A program made the translations under genes and the position numbers. Shown one piece after another: positions 12,642-23,088 of a DNA stretch of 64,000 bases. The notes beneath the pieces were generated by a model. The model ran no database searches. It had not been told where the DNA came from and saw nothing but the letters and a program-made list of their open reading frames with translations. Numbering within the stretch: the stretch's first letter is position 1; every line of letters begins with the position of its first letter. The stretch covers positions 13,036,359 through 13,100,358 of the forward strand of contig OZ316893.1 in assembly GCA_973895155.1 (NCBI GenBank), written 5' to 3'. This DNA is from Marsupella aquatica (taxonomy: Eukaryota; Plantae; Marchantiophyta).

Positions 12642-15107
12642 GATTCTTTTGGTGCTGCTGGATTACCCGATGGACGACGGACCGGTTTCACTCGGAGTGG
12701 GGCACAATTTTGGCCAGCGGCATTGGTAGCAGTCAGCAATGTAGCTTCAGACAGTGATTCTGATGAGGACTCAGTGACCAGTTCTCCTCATCATCAGGTG
12801 GTTGCACCTTTATTGTGGGATATGGACGAGATGTACGGGGCTACAAAGGGCCCACAACAATACTCTGGTGCAGTTGGCACAATTGATCTGGATGACTTCA
12901 TCCAGGAGTTTGATACGTGGTGCGATATGCAGACATTGCGTAACGTCACATTGTTTACCCCTTTCATGGCATGGAAGGGATTATTCCAGCATTTGGAGGG
13001 GCCACCCATGGATGACTACCATGAGTTTCGGAAGGCTCATTTGGTTGAGATTGAGGCATGGAGGCAACATTGGTCACCTAATTACGTGTCCATCACCTAT
13101 GGCACTAGTGTGGCTGCCCAACCCATTGCCACAACTGCTGCTTCTTCTAGCAGCACTAGCCAGAGTGGCACACCATCCATCAGCAGCACTCCAACAGCAT
13201 CCATCGCTACTCCTGCCGGTGTGATTGTGACAGGAACTGGAGGTGCGCCAGCATTTAATCCTGTGGTGGAATTCTTTGAGGTACTGAAGCAGAACTATCA
13301 GGGTGTGAGAACTGATAAGTTGAAGGGTCTTCAGGAGTTCCAACGCAAGACTGGAGAGAGCCTACGTGAGGCATACACACGTATGCGCAGATTGATCACT
13401 GTCACCAAGGGAGTGACAGAGGCTCAGGCAGTCCAATTTTGGTATGCAATTCTGGACAGAGAATTGCGACGCAGAATGAGAGATGTCACTCTACTTAGGG
13501 ATGCAGATCCCACATTAGCAGTTGTTTTCACCCTTTCTGAGCGCATTGAGCTCAATATGGTGAATGAGAAGGTGGTGACTTCTGGATTTGCCAAGGAAGC
13601 ACCAAAGGCTGCATCTACATCCACACCATAGCCTACTGCACGGAAGAGCTAGAGGGAGAAGCCTACTGCACGAGAGTCTACCAGCCAGAGACCTGTGCCC
13701 TCTTATGCTGGACAACAGTCAGGATGTTGGACCTGTGGTGGGGATCATGCACAGAGATAATGTCCAGATCATAGAGGATCAGGGGGAGCATCAGCGCCTG
13801 ATCAGCGACAGTGTGATCACTGTGGAGCTCCAGGACACACCAAGGATAGATGTTTCTCACTCCACCCTGAGTTACGGAGAGGAGGATCTTGTACACATCA
13901 TCAGGGAAGGGGAGGAGGAGGTAGAGGTGGTGGACGTGGTCGTGACATGCCACATGCAGGGAGACAGGGAGGTGACGCTACCCCTGCTATAACCATAGAT
14001 CCAAAGGATGCTAAGATTGCTCAATTGGAGCAACAACTAGCTGCCATGGCTAGTTCCCAGGTGAGACCTAATTCTGGTGATGGGCCATCTACATCCTATG
14101 GACCTTCCACATCCCATGGTCCTTCCACATCTTATGGAGCTGATGGAGACCTTGCCACCATGGGATTCATGTGTGGCACTGCACATATTGATGCATCAGC
14201 AGCTTTGACACGTGGGGCAGCCAAAGCTCTTGAGCCCCAAGGAGCAGTAGTGAAGTTAGATCCACAGAGGGGGGATGCACATCGGCAGACAAAGCTTCCT
14301 CAGTCTTTTATATTGTCAGAGATAATTCAGACTACCTCTATGAACCCGATTCGGACAAACCCTAGCATGGGTAAGTTGGCAGAATTAATTAGTGATGCAG
14401 CAGGGATGACAAGTACCCTACTGGGGGCGGCTACTGCCATAGTACGCACCCCATTATTTTCAGCGACAGACATGCTGAACTAGGGAGTTGGTCCTACAGA
14501 AGTGTTCAGATTGGCAGCTACATTCTGTGAGGACACTCCAGTGGTTGCTTCCCATGCAGAAGCAACTTGCAGTGTTGAAGCAGTGAAGACCATGCCACCT
14601 ACTGCTACTAGTGAGACATGGCATGCAGCAGCAGTGAGGTTGGTGGATTTACCAGCATGCCCTATATTTGAGAGGACTAGGTTTAAACCTAGTGTTGTGT
14701 CATTGGATAATCGAACTGGTATCTTCCGATTAGTTGGGCCTTCTGGAGCAGTATACCAGCCAGAGAGAGTGTTACTGGATACTGGTGCTCAGCCCTTGAT
14801 GTTGGGAAAGTCTGCCATACATGGATTGGGATTGCGTCCAGAGGATTTGGAGGATTATCCCTTTCCCATTCAGACTTCATTGGGGGGACCTACACCTACA
14901 CAACATATCACCAGGAGACCACTTGATTTGAGGATTCAGGAAGGTCATACCACAGATAGCTCACAGATACAGGCACGAGCTATTCTGACTAAGGCAGAGT
15001 CATATGATGTGTTGGTGGGATGTACAATGCTCTACCCCATGGGATTTATTCTTGATTTTTGGGAGGAATCAGTGTCATATAGACCTGATTGGCAGTCAGG
15101 AGATGCT
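12630..15107 (+). pseudogene. Ty3 gag + aspartic protease portion of the polyprotein
   Basis: Single frame with stops at 13629, 13650, 13758 and 14481. Contains a Gag MHR-like motif (FQRKTGESLREAYTRM), zinc knuckles CWTCGGDHAQR*C and CDHCGAPGHTKDRC, and protease motifs VLLDTGA (D at 14778) and YDVLVG. Confidence 0.9.
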
Positions 15108-16972
15108 TATAAACGATAAAAATTACACCGGCGATATTATAGTTTTTTTTAGGTTTAGAAGTGTCAACTAGAGGTCAACCAAGAGTATTTAGGAAGTAGT
15201 AAGCAAGGACCAGTGGTTATTCATTTTGTTGAGATGACAGAAAGGCTGGAAGTAGGGGAGGCGACGATCATCTTGATTAACGGTCGTGTAGGAGTCGAGT
15301 TCTGCTATGAAGGCTGCGATGGCCTACTAGCAGATGGCAGAGTATGTGCCTTAGGCACAAGAGCTCGACAGAGAAGGCAAGGGGGGGGCGAATATAGGAA
15401 CCCCCGTTAGCAGGAATCGGTTAGCTCATGAGTGTAAGTCGCTAGGCGAAGGAGTGCCTATGTTCATGTTCACTATTCGGATCAAAGAAGGAAGCTGTCG
15501 TGTATGGGATGCGGCGGGGCAACAATTGTTTGGAATGAAGGGCGAAGAGTTCCGCCAATGATTCACCACCGGCGAGGCCATCGAAGAACTCTGTAGAAAG
15601 GTCATGCGGAAGAAATGGAATCTACTGCTAAGACGGGAGAACAGCCACGATCAGCGGATTACGTGGCGATTAATCACCGCCAAACAAGTAATCGTGGCTG
15701 GCGAACCGAGCAACCCCAAGGAAGATGACAGAAGTCAGGAGGTCGAGGCACATATGGCAAGATTAACAATCGAAAGTCCGGAAGCTTCCGGATCAGGCGC
15801 AACCGAAGGGAATCGAGGAGGCCGTTGCACAGTTCAGTAACCAGGAAGACAGAACTTCTTGACATAGTAATCAGCAGTTCTTGGCTTCCACTCATCGTTC
15901 TGGTAGGCATTAGTTAGCGTTCTTGATGAATGAGCGAAGGAGATCAAAGAGGGGGCGCGAGTCGTCCAAACTGTAATCGGCGCACCCCAAGAAGTAGTAG
16001 AGGCCTCGGGCAAAGACGGACGCGAGGCATAGGTATTTAGAGGCTGTGGAGCGCTAGGCGCTCTGTCACTGTTTGCTAGAAGTCTGGGGCAAGGGAGAGC
16101 TCCACTCACCTTAGGAATGCCAGCAATTTTGTAATAGTGTCCCTACTCAGTTGAGTAGTCTTTGAGTATAAAGAGAGAGTTTGGAATGAATGCAACAGAG
16201 TGAAGTACGCACTTGAGCAGTGAATGAGACCGTCAAATCAGAGAGAGAGAGAGAGAAGGAATTTGCCTTATGCAGCAAGTCGTTACTCGTTAATCGCAAC
16301 GATGAATGAATATCGTCTCATTGCGAACCAGAACCTTACGGGCCAGCGCCTCAAGGTATAGGTTGAACAGACAGCTAGTGAGAAGCGGTGTCTGGTTGGA
16401 GATAGTGTGTTTTGAAGGCGATACACTGGTCGTCATACACCTCCATCATACAAGGGTAAACGTGATACTGGGGTACTTGCTTAGGGTAACCCTGTCATAG
16501 TCACCCACACAATCCGGAAATCAATTGCCAGGCAGGCTGATTCAAAGGACAGTCGGACTTAATTAGGTCACGGCTACTAAAAACCATGAACGCAGACAGC
16601 AGTGACGACAAGTCTTGCTCCTTGATTACCTTAAGATCACTGGAATTGTGGATCTGTTCTATCGGCACCCATCTTATTTCCCGTCAGTTACTATACGAGA
16701 ACATTCCGATTTGCTTGATCACTTACCGCGAGTGGTGTGGGTTCATTGAGATTGTGTATAGAGAGGGGTTAGTGTTGGCCGAGGCTGAAGTGCCTAAGAA
16801 GTGGAAGACGGAACTCGACATTCAAGAGCACTTGGTCGGATTCACTTACGGGGACTGTGTCGAGATAGACGGAGTGCCGCCTCTCGAAGGTCGGTTAATC
16901 GTTTAAATGAGATTATTGAGGAGAAGGTAGTTAAACGGCCATTAATCGCAAGGTCGAAGTAGGCGTTTAACA
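15108..16972. mobile_element. 1865-bp solo-LTR-like insertion with 5-bp TSD ATGCT
   Basis: ATGCT at 15103-15107 and 16973-16977. Termini TATAAACG...CGTTTAACA form an imperfect inverted repeat of the TG...CA type with a G>A change. Removing the insert and one TSD copy restores the host reading frame. Confidence 0.8.
15235..15700 (+). pseudogene. Degenerate RPA70 C-terminal-like (Zn-ribbon OB-fold) ORF inside the insertion
   Basis: Frameshifted pieces FCYEGC...VC...AHECKSLGEGVPMFMFTIRIKEGSCRVWDAAGQQLFGMKGEEF...KKWNLLLR echo the Rep_fac-A_C pattern (YxAC..C..C..C, F.e.ae.llG.sa.el). Confidence 0.5.
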
Positions 16973-16977
16973 ATGCT

Positions 16978-18489
16978 CGATTGAGCAAATTGCCAGTGAC
17001 ATTTAGTGGACCTATGGGAGGCCCTAAATCCACACCATTGTCTTTGGCAGCATTCAGTGGTGTAATTGCTGGACCTGATGATTTGATTGAGGGTAATGCG
17101 CATGCAGCCAATGTTCCACCATTGGAGGAGTCTCATGAGGAGCACATCATGCGAGGATTACCTGTTGGCAGTGTTGTGCCACCAGTGTGGGGCACTGCAC
17201 AGGCCTTGCAACAGGCAACAGCACGATTGGTACATGATGCATGGCGTCATGCTTTTACACCACAGTCAGGAGTAGAGCAGTCTCTTGCAGATGGACCTGT
17301 GACTCTTTCACCATTGGATACCACTCCTATTGCTTGGCAGTATCCACCGGAGGGTATTTGTTTGTTGGATCTTTTTGGTGGGATTAGCACTGGATTGGCT
17401 GCTCTTCTTCAGGCAAGAATTCCTGTGCGTCGTTATTTGTATGTGGAGACAGATGAGACAACACGGAGGGTCTCATTGCGACATGTGGCTATGTTGGTGG
17501 ATAGATATCCACAGTTACTACCAATGGATGCTGTTCGTGGTTATCAGCATGCACTACCTGCTGATATTTCATTGTTGGGGGCGGATCATCTACATCGTGT
17601 TGGCCCCATTGATTTGGTGATTGCTGGTTGGCCATGTCAGGGCCAATCTAGAGCTGGCATTGGGCATGGACTTCATGATCCACGCTCTACATTGTTTTGG
17701 GAGATGTTACGGGTGCTGCGTCATCTCCAGCTACATCAGACACAGTCTCTAGCATACATTTTGGAGAATGTGCCATTGTTAGGTGATGATCGTAGTCGGA
17801 TTGTTGCCAGTGTTCACCAGGTGAGGTCTTGGATTGGACTTGTTGTGTTATTGGATGTTGCACGTGTGGATTCTCGTGCACATTGTCCACGCTTGTGGTG
17901 GACTAATTTGATCCCATGTGAGGTGCTGAAGCGCGCATTTGACAGCATTCCACGCTCACCAGCCTTAGTGGTGGATGATATTTTGGATCTAGGGCGTCGT
18001 GCACAGGGTGTGACCCAACCTGATAGACCTCCATTGGCAATGGTCAATGCAGTTGGGTGCCCACATTGTGCATTACCCACTCTTGTAAGCCACTCTACTT
18101 CATATGCATTCAGAGCAGGTGGCCCTGGACTTGTATGGGACACAGCTCTCCAGCAGTTAGTGGAGCCTACTGCTGATGAGAGAGAGCGTGCTATGGGATT
18201 TTTGACTGGCACCACTGCAGTTGCCTCTATGTTAGAGTGTTTGCGGCGCCAGGTTCTTGGTCAAGCAATGAATTTGAATTGTTTGACTTGGATTATCAGC
18301 TTGGGAGTAGTTGAACAGTTGCGGATGCACTCTGCCAGAATTACTGATTATCCCTTGGTGAGCTTGCGGTCCACTGAGACAATATTGACCACAACTGGGG
18401 GTGAGCAGACAGTCCATGGACCTATGACAGGATTGGTGGCTGCACAAATTGTTGAGCAGGAAGGGACTGCTCAATCTACTGCTAAATAG
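16978..18489 (+). pseudogene. DNMT3-like C5 cytosine DNA methyltransferase domain within the retrotransposon pol frame
   Basis: Motifs in canonical order: I LLDLFGGISTGL (17362), II YVETD, IV IDLVIAGWPCQG (PC at 17632-17637), VI ENV (17764), VIII AH[C]PRLWWTNL (17881), IX ERERAMGF, X RRQVLGQA. They closely parallel the DNMT3 catalytic domain. Confidence 0.92.
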
Positions 18490-18534
18490 CAATCATCGGC
18501 TATCTCTTCTACCCTACAAAGAGATATTAGGGAT

Positions 18535-18930
18535 TTGGTGGAGAGTTGGGAACCACAACTTGGCCCTAAGTTAACAGGGGAGGAGAGACGTCGCATGCAT
18601 CGATTCCTGAAGAGTTATTGGAATTGTTTTGCATTCAGCATGAAGGATTTGGGGACATTGAAGGGCCCTGGTATTCAGATTGAACTGGCTAGTGATGCAC
18701 CAATCTTTCGTAGACCATACCGTTATAGTGACATGGAGAGAGCTCTGATTCAAAGTAGAACTCAAGATTTGTTGGAGGCTGGATTGGTGGAGATTTCATA
18801 TGGGGAGTATGCATCTGCCATAGTGATGCCAGCCAAGAAGGATGTGCATGGCAATTACACAGATAGGCGCATGTGTGGTGATTACAGACCTATTAATCGC
18901 TAGACAAAATCTGATCGATATGCCATGCCC
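18535..18930 (+). pseudogene. N-terminal part of Ty3 reverse transcriptase, truncated by an insertion
   Basis: PIFRRPYRYS...LLEAGLVEIS...YASAIVMPAKK...RRMCGDYRPINR*TKSDRYAMP, in frame with the DNMT domain across one TAG. Ends abruptly at 18930. Confidence 0.92.
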
Positions 18931-19829
18931 CCCGGGGTCCTCACTTAATAACTTCCGACCCATCACGCGCGAATAAGTATAGGGTTTTTTAATTCAATTT
19001 TCTAGAATACTTAAGAAGTTTTGTGGAAGAACTATAGGGGTTTAAAATTAAATCCCGCAACTTAGAAGTATAGTAGGGCAGAAAAAAACCTTGCTCTTCA
19101 ATATAAGTTGTTAGTATAAGATAGGGGTATTAGCCAACAAAATATATGGGGTATACGTGTCAATCTTTTATTGGTCCACGTGGCAAATTCCTTTCATAAC
19201 TTGGTTTAGGGGCACCATGTGGGGGACCATGTGTACTCCATGGCCAATTTGGGTCAAAATTTAAATTATGGGTGTGAGCGGGAGGTCATCTATGAGGGGA
19301 GAAGAGCAAGGGTCAGGCGCGCAGGTCGAGAGCCATTTAGGACCATCGATCCAGGTTAGTGCCGTTTGTGTCAACATCATGCGGCCATACATTGGTAGGA
19401 CAGTCCATTCTTTGTTACTTGCAACGAGACTTGCGGCGGCCATGCAGGGCCTGATTTAGGGTAAAATCAAGCAGCGATGATCCAACCATCCGTTTGTTGG
19501 GCCATCGGTCGGCTATGGTTTGCCCTGGCCATTTTGAGAAGTTCGTGAACGTCTTGCAGCGTTTTGGGCAAAAATTGAGAGGGTGAGTCGCGAGGGTAGG
19601 GGCTAAACGCTGCCTCGATACTTTTCGAAAGGAAATGCATGCATGCTGCAGGGCGCTGCGATGCACTGATTGAGGAAGGTTGAAGATTGATCGAGGGCGA
19701 GATGACTGTGGATGGAGCTGCTGTGATCGGGGGGCACTAATTGCTGTGATCGGGGAGCTTTGCTGTTTGGGCTCAATGCTGCTTCGATACTTTTCCGAAG
19801 GATTTGCATGCATGCTGCAGGGCTTTATA

Positions 19830-20330
19830 TTGAGCTGCAGCTTGATCGGGGGCGGGGCTGCGACTTTACATTGAGCTGCAGCTTGATCGGGGGCGGGGCT
19901 GCAACTTTACATTGAGGAGCTGTGATCGGGGGCAGGCTGCAACTTTCAATTGAGCTGCTATGATCGGGGCTGCAGCTTTTGATTGAGCTGCTGTACGTGA
20001 TCAGGGGACAAGATTGAGCAAGGCTGAGATTGATCGGGGGGACAATTGTTGATCGAGCTGCTGCTGTGACCGGGGGAACTTTTTGTTGAGCTGGAGCTGG
20101 GTCGGGGGCGGCGCTGAAAATTTCAATTGACTGAGGAGCTATGATCGAGGGTGGGGCTGCAACTTTCGATTGCGCTGCTATGATTGGGGTGCTGCAGCTT
20201 TTGATGGAGCTACTGTGATTGGTAAACCTAGATTGGGAATGATGGAGCTATTGTGACCGGCAAACCTATGATTGATCGAACCTGTGATTGAGCTGCTATC
20301 ATCGGCAAACGTGTGGTCGAGTTGCTATCA
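19830..20330 (+). repeat. ~41-bp GC-rich tandem repeat, degenerating rightwards
   Basis: ttgagctgcagcttgatcgggggcggggctgcgactttaca at 19830-19870 and a near-identical copy at 19871-19911, with further diverged units carrying gatcgggg. Confidence 0.85.
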
Positions 20331-20537
20331 GAGGGCAAACCTACTTTTGGTGGAGTTTTCTATCCATTGCTCTTAGTGCTTTTGAATTGCCTATGCTGTG
20401 TGTCCTACTTTTTGTATAAATTGCACTCGTGATGTTAAGGGCAATGCTCATTTGTTTGTATGCTTTTCAGTTTACTTGTTGCCACCTTACGCTCCGCAAA
20501 GAAACTTCTCGTGCCATGCATCTCATCGCTAGTCTAC

Positions 20538-20800
20538 TCTATTGCTCGCTACTCTGCTCTATTTCTTGCTCTCTGCTCTATTGCTCGTTGCTCTGCTCTA
20601 TTGCTCGCTGCTATGCTCTATTGCTTGTTGCTTTGTTGCTCTATTGCTCGCTGCTATGCTCTATTGCTTGTTGCTTTGTTGCTCTATTGCTCGCTGCTAT
20701 GCTCTATTGCTTGTTGCTTTGTTGCTCTATTGCTTGTTGCTCTGTTGCTCACTGCTTTGTACCTCGTTGCTCTGTCGCTGCTCTGTACCTCGCTGCTCTT
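20538..20800 (+). repeat. Higher-order minisatellite (20+23-bp subunits, 43-bp period)
   Basis: ctattgctcgctgctatgctctattgcttgttgctttgttgct repeated exactly at 20598, 20641 and 20684, flanked by degenerate monomers. Confidence 0.95.
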
Positions 20801-22108
20801 TTGACAGTCCATGCCAATGTTTGTTGTGCAATACCTTGCTTACCCATAGCTTCATTTGTTAGCCAGCTTTCTCCTCATCAAGCCAGCTCCTTTGTCCTTG
20901 ATCATGTGAGCTAGTGTCGAGAGCTCCTAAAGAATCCATGTCTGTATCTCCCCCCTCTTTTGCAAGCAGATTTATGAGAGCTTGTCCTGCTTGTAAGGAT
21001 CCATTGAATGATGGCTTAGCACTCCAGATGTTGAAGTGAGAAGGAACTGGGGAAGGAACTTACCAAAAGTGAACACATTTAAGTGAGAGAAATGCCTGAA
21101 CTGCAGTCGCTGCACATGTTGATCATACTAAAAGCTCATGTTCGGGTGGCAGTCCAACTCATTCCAAGTTGGCAATAGAGCTTGGACAGGAACTCTGAAT
21201 TCCATGGATTGCTGAAAATCAATTTAGAAATAGAGGCTTTGACTTGGCGCAAGGGAGCTAATTCGATCTGCAAGTGCCATTTCATTCGATCTGCAAGTGC
21301 TTGTGGTGGAGTTTCCTCACTGTCCTGCTAGTTTTGAATTGCTTCCTTTGATTCATTCTGAGTGATTTGATTTTCTTGCTCAATAGAATGTCCTGTCAAT
21401 CATCTCCCTCTCTTTGTTGCTCTTGAGTTCCCTTTGCTTTGTCTAGGAGACTTAGATAAACTATTAGCTCTTGGTGAATGCAATATGTGGCTGTTCCTCC
21501 AAGGCAATGGAAGGCATTCGTTTATACAAGGTGGGCATTGGTTTGAGTTGTGACTGAGGTGATTGTGGCTGTGATCAAGGTGCAGCAAGAGTTTTGATCC
21601 AAGTAGGGGAATAGCAGATTCGCCCTTGGTACAACAGAATCCCTAGAGGCACTATTGTTTCTCCTCTGCCAGCTTGTGTGACATTCATTTGGCTTTGTGT
21701 TGTGTAGGTTTTCCAACCAAAGGTTCTCTTCAACATCTATAACTTGGAACCAGTATTATGCAGTTTGGTATGCCCTGACCCTGGCTCTAGCTGAACTCGA
21801 ATTGAAATTTAAAGTTGAATTTCAGTCAGCCTTTTCATATGCTCTTGACTTGTCTTGCAGGATGGATTGGCTTAGGATGTAGTGGAATCATCTGAGAAGC
21901 TTCAGCAATATACCAGGGTTCACATGTGAAGATTGTGGAAGGAGCAGGATTCAAATATCACCATTTGCTGCAGCTACAATCAAACAAGAGATTGATTAAA
22001 GGTATGATTCTATCTAGGATGCTTGTAGTTGCAAGTTACATAATATCAATCTACTGTTCAATATATGTTGAATGGATGTTGAGGGGTTGCAGAACAAATG
22101 TTGAGTGA

Positions 22109-22823
22109 ATGGATGGGCCTGTGTGCAGAGGTAAAACCACTATCCAAGAAGCAGAGATGGCTTCTGATGTGCCCAGGATTGACATATTTTCCCATAAGGA
22201 GCACCACCGCATGGACCCCCCTTGCTGTTTCTTTTGTGATGAGACAGACGATGTGGTTTTCTGTGATGGGCCTTGTAGTAGACATTTTCACTTTGTCGGT
22301 GGAAAAGGTATGCATGGGCCTAATTGCACTCCTATCACATTGCCTAAAAACAATGACTGGAGGGCACCTTGGGTTTGTACACTCTGTGCTGCTGGTAGAG
22401 CTAGATGCTTTGCTTGTGGCCTCATTGGCAGATTTGAACATCCCACAGCAGAAGAATCTCTTGTGCTCCATTGTGCCCACCCTGACTGTTTTTCTCATTA
22501 CCACCCTGGTTGCCTTAGGGTGCACACTTATGGTTGGGGCACTGCCTGAGAGGTTTCATACAACAAAACCAAACAGCCTAATGTGCCCAAGGCATTTCTG
22601 TGAGTACTGTAAAGTCTACAAGGATGGTATTAAAGACTTTGTACAGTGTCGCAGGTGCCCTCGAAGTTGGTGTCATGATGAGAAACTTGGGGGAGTGAAA
22701 CACCTCAGGAGGTGTGTGAAGGGCAGGGACCACTGGGATGTGGAAGGGTGGCATTTCATTTATTGTCATAGGCATGCAATACCTGATGGGGAATTGGTTC
22801 CTGCACAGCCACATACCTCTTAG
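22109..22823 (+). pseudogene. EDM2/NSD-type composite (triple) PHD finger module, frameshifted near 22540
   Basis: CFFCDETDDVVFCDGPCSRHFH...WVCTLC...CFACG...CAHPDCFSHYHPGC, then in the next frame CPRHFCEYC...FVQCRRCPRSW...FIYCHRHAIPDGELVPAQPH. This parallels the plant EDM2 PHD region (CRRCPKSYH...LIYCQEHEID). Confidence 0.8.
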
Positions 22824-23088
22824 AGTTTCTGAAATTGGTAGAAATGCTTTGGTAGAGGGTTGGTACAAAGCAAACTTATTCACTAGACTAATTACATGTG
22901 AACTATGATCAACAAGATTTTGTTTGTGTTGGACTTCAACTTTTTTGATCAAAAGATTTTTGTAACTATTGTGGAGTAATGTCTAATATGCTTCATATCG
23001 TTTTGTTTATTGTGCTGTATGGCAGGTTCATTGTGTGACTGATTGTTTTCAGAACCCTTCATACTTTAACTTTAACAAATTGATTGAA

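Noticed and set aside
16978-18489. Host DNMT3/DRM gene or a bacterial restriction-modification methylase
   Set aside because: It is intronless, has no PWWP/ADD/UBA domains, keeps the canonical (non-permuted) motif order unlike DRM, has no partner endonuclease, and is in frame with protease and RT.
20429-20914. Cys/Leu-rich membrane-protein ORFs
   Set aside because: They are translations of the 43-bp minisatellite in all three frames.
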